Made by a program: the position numbers and the translations under genes. Shown here piece by piece: positions 56,200 through 64,000 of a stretch of 64,000 bases of DNA. The notes under the pieces were generated by a model that was not told the DNA's origin, made no database searches, and saw only the letters and a program-made list of their open reading frames with translations. Origin of the DNA: Vitrella brassicaformis CCMP3155 (Eukaryota > Protista > Chromerida); NCBI GenBank assembly GCA_001179505.1, contig CDMY01000470.1:6210-70209 (forward strand), read 5' to 3'. Positions within the stretch are counted from its first letter, which is position 1, and every line of letters begins with the position of its first letter.

Positions 56200-58065
56200 G
56201 TTCTCAAGACCCCCTCCGCCGACCCCACCTTGGCCACCAGCACCGTCATTGGCATTGTCATTGTCATGGTCATTGTCCTCTGTGTTAGGATGCAGGTGTG
56301 GTATGCTGTTGTGCGGGAGGTAACTCATCATGTGCGGCTGCAGGAGGTGTTGTGCGTCGGAGTCACACACGGCAGGTCGGTGTCGACGTGCTGTGGCTGC
56401 TGCTGCTGTGACTGCGGTGGCTCCTCCTCCTCGCCCTCATCATCGTCGTCCGCCCAGAAGTCGTCGTCATCGTCGCTGTCCTCCTCCACGACCTCCTCGC
56501 GGGCGTCCACATCCTCCTCCACCAGCCAGCCTGCCCGTCGCCCCGCCTCCCCCTCCTCACAGTTCCCCTCTCCCGCCTCCACCTTGGCCACCAGGACCGT
56601 GATGTCGTCCTCCTTAGCGCCCTGCCGGCACTCCTCGCCATTCGCCTCCCACATCTGCCGGAAGGGCGTGTCGAGCTTCTCCCTCTTGTTCTTGCTTTTG
56701 CGGTACGCCAGCCGCGCAAGGTGTGCGGCCAGCTTGTCGGCGGGCAGGCTCCGGAACGTCTGGAAGAAAAAGACGATCTCGTGGTGGAACAGGTTGTCGG
56801 TGACCCCGTCCGAGCAGGCGATAATGATATCGCCGCTCTCGACGGGGCACCGACACGCCTGAACCCCGATGGTCGCCTCTGACGCATCCTCAGCTTGGTG
56901 GTCCGTGCGGGTGAGCCGCTTGAGTAGGGCCGGTGGTGGTATTAGGATGTCGGCGGCCCGGCGGCGGGGGATGCGCTGCAGCTGGAAGGGACAGTTGGGC
57001 TGGTTGCGGTGCTGCATCGGCTCCAGCGCGGCCACGATGATGGGAGGGCCGTGGTGGGGGAACCTGGACCTGACGGCCATTATGGTCGAGTCGCCGTATG
57101 CGGCGAGGTCCACACACGGCTGGCCCTCCTCGTCGTACGTGGCAGCGGCTATAGCTAGAACAACAGCTGACACACGAGCAAGCATTGTTCTGGGTTGTGC
57201 TATACGTACGTGTCTCTCCCTCTTGACTACCTGTTGGCGGACGGAATCCACAGCCTGGCGTAGCCCCCCGCCGCGGCAGTGCTCGTGTGAGGCTGAGCCG
57301 GTAAGAGATCACATGTCTGTCGGATATAAGATGTAGGCAGCCATCTGAGACACAAACCGAGAAACAAGTGCAAACTCTGAGACATACAGACATCGCCTTT
57401 TGCGTTCTAAGTCGTATGGTTACTTTGGCATGTTTCGGTCCACCGCAGTGTCGCCGTTATCGGCGAAGTCCACGCACAGCCGGCCGTCCTCGTCGTGCGT
57501 GGTGGCGGCTACGGCGATGGTGCTGGCGCCGGGCGGGCCGTGTCGGTCGGCGGCTGTCTTGGCCCATCCCTCTTCCACCAGCTTCTTGGCCCTGTTGGTG
57601 TGGGCGTCTTGGGGCGGTGGGGTGGCCATGGCAGCGCCCATGGTCTTGACGGTCAGTGCACGCGCAAAATCGCGTGCACTGACGTCGTATTTGTCGACGA
57701 AGCCTCTCACGCCGTCCGCCACCACCATGACGCCCGCCTCAGCCGAAATGCTGGCGGCGTCCTCACACGGCCCCTCTTGTCGTCGCTGGCCCTGATATAG
57801 GCGCCCATCCTTAGGTGCAGCTGCTGTTGGGCTGGTGACGAGAGGCTGCCGCGGGTGCTCGTCTTGCCGGAGGTGGTGCCGGTGGTGTTTGTGGTGGGCA
57901 GGAGTGGGGGGAGGTGGGCTGTGGTGAGTGTGGGGCTGTCGTTGCGCCTCTGTGGGCAGAGGCGGGATGCCTGGGGCGACGGTACACGATGGCCTGGTGG
58001 ACGGGGGACTCGTCGTCCGTGTCCTTCACAGCAGCGGTACCAACCGAAGGCAAGGAGAACCGCAA
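56200..58065 (-). pseudogene. PP2C/PTC7-like cassette, copy 3, with a PPR-derived leader and a mosaic acidic tail
   Basis: Same motifs as copies 1 and 2. Frameshifts in the leader and at about 57770. The C-half ORF 56328-57251 is open. Confidence 0.85.
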
Positions 58066-58200
58066 AAGAGAGCGAGGCGGAGAAACCGCAAAAGCGCGTT
58101 TTGCATTTTATCGCAGGGTTTGCGGGGTTTGCATTGTCCCGTCTCGAATTCTCGCCGCAAGTTTTCTCGGCCTTATTTATCCAATTGTTGTGGATGGATG

Positions 58201-58272
58201 GATGAATGGATGAATGGATGAATGGATGAATGGATGAATGGATGAATGGATGAATGGATGAATGGATGAATG
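58201..58272. repeat. Perfect (GATGAATG)x9 tandem repeat within a GGAT tract
   Basis: Direct reading. It lies at the edge of the inverted duplication. Confidence 0.95.
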
Positions 58273-58958
58273 GATGGATGGACGGCCCTCGCATGCAGGT
58301 TGAATGTGAATGGGTAGGTTGAGGGATTTCCAACAACAAGGATAGTTAATGCATATCTATGTCGAGATCATGGATGATGCATCCAATCCAGACAGCCGTA
58401 CACACAACACAGTAGCTAGGTGTCATACGAATCCCTCACTCACTCATTATATTGAGCAGTCTATACACATGCAGTGCACCCACCCTCATCACCGCCCTCT
58501 CCTCTCTCGCTGTACACGCACCCCCCCAGTTCGCCCCATTGCTCCTTCTCTTGCTCTCTCCGACGTACAGGGGAGCTCTCTCGTCCTTATCTCTCTTGGT
58601 TGGTCGGCAGGCAGGGAGAAATCCACTCAATTCGGAAGGGAGCAAAGCAGGCAAAGCGAATGGACACACACTAGCCGACCGAACCGACACACCGACGACA
58701 AAACTGCTCACACCTGCAGGCAATTCTCACAGAGAAGGAACAGAAAGGGCTATCGACTGTGCTCGGGTGGACATGCCATGCGTGCCTCTCTGCCGCATTG
58801 CTCAGATTCAAGACATTCTCGTCTACACTGCACTGACTGCTCCAGCCAACGAGTTTACGAATCACATCACCGCAGCTGCCGTCCCTGTGCACCCAAGCCA
58901 TCCACCCACTGACCTGTGTGTGTTATGGATCCCCAATGGATGGATGGCCTAGCCGCTA

Positions 58959-60000
58959 TCAGACACCCGGATCATAGAACCAGATCGACTGCTCAGGACC
59001 AGGAGTGCCCCTGGTCGTTGCGGGAGGTGTCCTGGACCTCCCTCCCATCACCAGTGGCGGCCATATGGGGGCCGTCACTGCCATGCCCCTCACTCGGCGG
59101 CGCTGATCCAGCCGCAGCAACGCAACTTCCAACGCCTCCTCGTCGCGGGCGGCTCTCACTCGTCCGGTCTCTCGCTTTCTCAAATCTGCCGATGCACTCG
59201 CCGTCGGCGACTGCTCGGCCGCATGAGAGGACGATGACGCAGACGGCGAAGCCCCGCCGGGCTCGACGTGCCGACCTTCCTCCTTGCCCCCTCTTGAACG
59301 CGGCGACCGCACGGCAGTGAGCCCGTCGCAGAAGGCGTAGTCCCTCTCGCTGGCCGATGCCGCTGCAGATGCCGATGCCGATGACGCGTTGCTGGGCGAC
59401 GGCGCAGCCTTCTTCTTGCCGACGGGTGACTCGCACTCTTCAAATTCCTTCCAGTCGACGATGCCGCCGGCAGCGTCAGGTCCGAGAGGGCAGCCTGGTC
59501 GGGGAAGGGCGAGGGGGGGCGGGACGGGGAGGGGCAGGGGGGCGGGCCATGGGGGGGCGGGTGAGGGTGAGAGTGAGGGGCGGTGGGTGGCCTGTCGGAG
59601 GGTGGCCACCTCCACCTGCAGCGACCGCATGTCCTCGTACATCACTGAATGAATGAACAAACCAATCAAAGAACATGTGTTCGCACATCGCATGCATTAT
59701 ATGTGTGTCCCATTCACACGCATCCGTCTTACTTCTCAGCCTCTCCTTGGCCTCGAGCTGCCACCTCAGAGCGTCCCTCTCCCTCGCCAAGGCGGCCACG
59801 TCCGCCTGCAGGTACTTCCTGTGTGAGAAGAGCGTCCGCACTGCCTGGTGCTGGTAGTCCAGGGAGTCCTGCAGCTCCACCAGGGCGTCCAGGGCAGCAG
59901 CAGCATCCGCACCCTCGGCTGTGCTGAGGGAGGAGGGCTCGTGTGAGCCGGATGCTCCCATCACTCACACACCCAACATGACCAGAGGGCTCCGGGGCGC
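58959..60000 (-). CDS. Hypothetical protein with a short coiled coil and a P/S/A-rich region
   Basis: Exons ALDALVELQDSLDYQHQ...QLEAKERLRSK and VMYEDMRSLQVEVATLRQ... to the stop at 58959, with an intron between them. The start is uncertain. Confidence 0.6.
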
Positions 60001-60986
60001 ACAACGCAGCCGCATCCACGGCGAGCTTGCATCTGCTGCGAGCCTAGAGTGCAGATCTCGGCAGAGGAAAAGAAGGGGAGGAAGGCCACACGAGCAACCA
60101 GAAGGCCCAACGGACACTGCGTGTTGTCTTGATTCATTGACTGACTGCAGATTTCGTCTGTTGCATATCGGGCTCGTCGTGACTCGCGCCATCACGCCGC
60201 GCTGCGCTGAAGGGACGTGTCTTATTGGTTTTGAAGGCTTTTCCCTTGTCTGTTGGCTTGCCCTGTTTGCATCTCGGCACACGATAGAACGAGAGGAGAC
60301 GTTTGGGTTGAAGAAGAACGCTACCGACAGGACTTCCATGTTGATGCTTGCACATATATCTGCATTACTTACTGCCTCACGAGCGTCTCTCTCAAGTCTC
60401 AAGAGAAAGAGCGTGATCCATCCAAGAGAAAGAGCGTGATCCACCACCAGACACAAACACAGCCAGACAAACACCCCCGCAATCAATCAAGGCATTCAGC
60501 AACCGGCCTTCCCGTCACCATCCATCGCATGCACCATTCACTCACACAGTGCGTTGTTCTACCAGACACAGCTCCTCTCACCCATCACAGTTACATTAGT
60601 TCTGCGTTCGTCGAGCGCGGGAAAAAACAGCGCAGTACAGGCAGCAGGCATTGTTGTGAGGTCAAAGCCAGCGAGTGAGACATCCTTACCTCACATGTAA
60701 GCAAGCGAAAATCGAATTCACAGCCTCAGAGCACTAGAAATTGAGTGGGGTGTGTGCCCCTAGACTAGAAAAGGGTGTCTGTCTGTCTCATCCCTCCCCT
60801 CCAAAAGGGAGGGTGAGAGCACGACGCCCAACAGGAAAAACAGCACATATCAGTGGTGCCCCACGACTGACTACAAAACGGTCATCTGCAACAACCGCGC
60901 GGTCTCCATGAATGCCATGCCGCCCGCCATTGTACGAATCACGTCGCTCTTTCTCTCTCTCTTTCTCTCTCCCTTCGAGGGAGACC

Positions 60987-61097
60987 CCCACCAGAATGCC
61001 CCCCACTCTCTCTCTCTCCTCCGAGGAAGAGATCCCACCAGAATGCCCCCCACTCTCTCTCTCCTCCGAGGAAGAGATCCCACCAGAATGCCCCCCA
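60987..61097. repeat. Minisatellite of about 2.4 copies of a 45-47 bp unit (CCCACCAGAATGCCCCCCA(CT)nCCTCCGAGGAAGAGAT) downstream of the alkaline phosphatase
   Basis: Direct reading. The units differ by one CT. Confidence 0.9.
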
Positions 61098-61200
61098 TAC
61101 ACAACACACACGCAAGAAGCCCCACGCAAGAAATAGCAATAGAAAGTGATGCCCTACGACTAGAAAAAGGTCGCATACGACCAGACTAGACTTCTTACAA

Positions 61201-63549
61201 TCAATGGCCCCCCCGGTCGGGAGCCACCTCGCCGTAGGAATCGGGGAGGAACTTGCCGAAGAGCGACAGGTACAGCATGCGGTAGATGTCAGTGTTGTCG
61301 AATCGTACGCTGAACTCCTTGCTCAGCAGCTCCGAGTTGATGCCCTCGGCGCGGGCCACAATGCCACCGCCGACGTCGTCAGTGCCAGACCAGCCTGAAA
61401 GAGAACAAACAAAACCAACAGACAGAGCCCACACAGGAAGAGACAGTCAGAGGAGCTGCATACACTGATTCCCTTGCATGCCGTGTGCAAGTGTTGGTCG
61501 CGCCAGTAACCTACCGATGGCAAATTTCTGTGGATCGCCGAAATCGTTGGGCTCAGCAGTGAAAGGCTCGGTGTTGCGGCCTTCAACGCCGTCGAGCTCG
61601 AACCTGTCCGCGAGGTCCTCCTCCTGACGTGTCAACAGAATCCCAGGCGCGAGACATGTGTGCAGCCCAGCCACCCTCAGACACACTACGTGTGTCTCTC
61701 TCATATGCTTGTGTGCGTACCTCGTTGATGCCCGTGGAATTGCCGCCAGAGACCGTGACACGACCGTCGTTGTCAACGGGGGGAGGTCCGAAACACTGGG
61801 GGGCGCCACCGTCACTGAAGACATGCATGGCAGCAGACACCAGATGGAGAGACAGGGAGCCGCCTTTCGCCTGGCTCGTGTACCTATCGGCGGCGAGGAT
61901 GGTGAAGGTGTGGGGGTTCTCCGCGATAAAGTGACGCACCACGCCGACGAGGTCATCCGCGCGCTTGATGGCATTGAGCATTCCGATAGCCTGCATGACA
62001 GGCACATCACCAGCACAAGACAGCCACATGTGAGGGCGGTAAGCCGTTGTCGACTTGGCTGGCTGGCTGGCTGGCTTACGTTAGCATTGTTGGGGAGGTT
62101 GTCAGTGCTTTCGATCTCGGCCACCAGGAAGAAGGGCTTGCCCCTGGCGTGGCTGTGGCGCTTGAGGATCTCCAGGGCCATCTTGCCCAGCTCTGCACCA
62201 GTCGCCGGGGCGAAACCACGTGTGTTCGGTCGGCTGCCGTAGAGGATGAGGCGGCCCTCCTTGCTGCCGGCCTTCTCGGGGATTACCAGTCCGATGTCGA
62301 TCAACTTCTCCTCGGGCTCGTCGTTGAAGATGTCGTCCCTCGCGAAGAGCCCCAGCACCTGAGAGAGCGACAGCAATCACACACCAAACATCGGCCGCGT
62401 GTCGCCCGCGGAGAGGGCAGAGGGTAGTGTTGACACTTCATCTCAGACCTTCGGAGTGAAGTGGGGGTCCGCCTCAATGCGGTGCAGGAGGGCGTCGAAC
62501 TCCTCGCGAGTGCGGATGACCTCGTACCCTTTGTTGGCGAACTCACGCAGCAGGTTGCGGTTGTCCTCACGCGATGGGCCCTCGCCTGTGATCTGAATTA
62601 TGAGAGAGAGGACAAGTAAGGGTGTGTGTGTGTGTGGTTGCCAACCACACACACACAGGCGCTGTGTGTCAAGTGTGCCTCAGCTAGGTACCTGGTCCTC
62701 GTGGATGAAACAGTCGAGCGTGACGTCCTCTTCGCACTTTGGCGTGCCCTTGGGAAGGAAGAATCCCTCCCCGCCAGCCAGCAGCACCTCAGGCACCGGC
62801 TCGCCCTCTTTGCCCACCCGACCGTCGAGAATCTGTCGCACGATCTCCTCGCTCTCGTTGCGGTCCTCGACCTCGGACGTGAAGCACGCCGTCCCAGGCT
62901 CCGCCAAGTCGCCGTCGTTGACCAGGCCCGTGGGCATTCCCTGAGCGGCCGCCTCGCGCAGGATGGAGCCACCGAAGCCGCTCAGACTCTTGATGGAGCG
63001 CCCGGCGTCGTTGCCGAAGGAGCTCGAGTCCACTTTGTAACCTGCAGGCACGCACAGATCAACGACACCAAGCACATATGAGTGGGATCCGACGTCCAAC
63101 CAACTTGAGGAGTGGCCGGTGTGTATGGTGTGGTGTGGTGTATTGCGCTCACTGACCGAAGGCATGGACGGTTGCGCCGCCGTTGGATGTGCCGACGAGG
63201 CGGTCGAACATGTGGCCTTTGTAGACGGCGATCTCTGGCAGCTGGTCCCAGTTCCAGGAGAAGTCGTTGTCAGGGCCCGCCCAGTACATGCGCCCCAGCT
63301 GGAAGTGGTTCTGCACACACACACTGTGTGACACACACAAGACGACATTCCAACCGTGACACCAACCAGTGAGTTGAGTGCAAGGATGTGGCTTGCACAC
63401 ACACATACCAGGCCGGTGCCGTCAGGGTGAAGGAAGATGGTGTTGCCGATCTTGCCGGTCACGTGCTCGCCCCGCATCTTGCGCACAGGTGTCGCCAGGG
63501 CAGGGAGGACCGCTGCAAAGACGACCACAGCGAGGACAAAAACACGCAT
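61201..63549 (-). CDS. Secreted alkaline phosphatase (PhoA superfamily, bacterial-like subtype), about 8 exons
   Basis: Signal peptide MRVFVLAVVVFAAVLPALA. Motifs GNTIFLHPDGTG, TSNGGATVHAFG, EPGTACF, VLLAGGEGFFLP, FFLVAEIESTDN, ILAADSD and FDNTDIYRMLY. ATG at 63549, stop at 61201-61203. Confidence 0.88.
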
Positions 63550-64000
63550 CTTGGTGGCAGCTATGCTATTGGCTGCAGCAGGGAGGTACAGTAACAGGGT
63601 GAACAGAAGCACAGAGGGCACACAAGAGAGATAGGTCAGCAAGAGACAGCGGAAGATGTCCAGGTCAGGGAGTGGATGCGAAGCCGTCGCAAAAACAATG
63701 TCAACTCAAGGCAATAACGCCTCGACAGGTACCATGGTCTAGGGGAGGCGTTTCGTAACGCCTAACGGAAATGCGAGCTTGAGGAGCAAAGGGGCTCTTT
63801 CTGTCAGAAGTGCAAGTCGGTCCAGGGTTTAGGGCCTAGGGTTCATAGACCGACGATCCACTGATCTGTGAGACAGGACGGCTGTTGAGTCTTTGTCCGT
63901 TCCATGAGACAGGCCATGGCGGACAGGACGTCAGACAGGATGGACTGACGCATACTACATGTCCTACGTGGACTCTCCACAAAATCCACAGACCTTACGT

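Noticed and set aside
58192-58281. Regular octamer repeat and the 45-47 bp repeat at 60987-61097 as possible CRISPR-like arrays
   Set aside because: There are no unique spacers and no cas genes, and the context is eukaryotic. They are ordinary micro- and minisatellites.
60745-60775. GGGG-TGTGTG-CCCC followed by CTAG as a Helitron 3' end
   Set aside because: The stem is only 4 bp, no T follows CTAG, and no matching 5' TC terminus or second copy was found.
40474-63549. Acid phosphatase, alkaline phosphatase and PP2C copies as a phosphate-metabolism cluster
   Set aside because: The folds are unrelated, they are interleaved with unrelated genes over more than 20 kb, no shared upstream motif is seen, and the PP2C copies look non-functional.
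63824-63843. Interstitial telomere
   Set aside because: There are only about 2-3 degenerate TTTAGGG-like units, too short to call. It is mentioned only as part of a low-interest finding.
1-64000. tRNA, rRNA, snRNA, dinoflagellate spliced-leader relics, transposase/RT/Rep-helicase ORFs
   Set aside because: No recognisable motifs were found by eye. A covariance-model or HMM scan would be needed to exclude them formally.

Overview
This is a 64-kb window of GC-rich, intron-dense eukaryotic nuclear DNA with short introns full of microsatellites and two 300-N gaps. The style fits a chromerid alveolate such as Vitrella brassicaformis, but that is inference and I cannot verify it. Recognisable genes are proteasome subunit Rpn8, a large PPR protein, a secreted histidine acid phosphatase, a TPR-SET/MYND (SMYD-like) protein, an NRF-6-type acyltransferase-3, a secreted alkaline phosphatase, four PP2C/PTC7-like loci (all frameshifted or interrupted) and several hypothetical proteins. 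I found no rRNA, tRNA, CRISPR array or transposase/RT ORF. Two things stand out. (1) Local gene-building patchwork: PP2C-like cassettes and neighbouring genes are assembled from 100-800 bp pieces copied from other genes inside this same window. The pieces include a PPR N-terminal fragment, a coiled-coil exon, a promoter/first-exon module and a start-codon mini-exon. Some joins show microhomology or 21-22 bp direct repeats. (2) Many introns carry (CA/GA/GACA)n near the donor and the complementary (TG/TC/TGTC)n near the acceptor, suggesting RNA-structure-assisted intron definition, and 3-4 introns use GC-AG donors. All alignments were done by eye, so coordinates are approximate to a few bases unless stated as exact.
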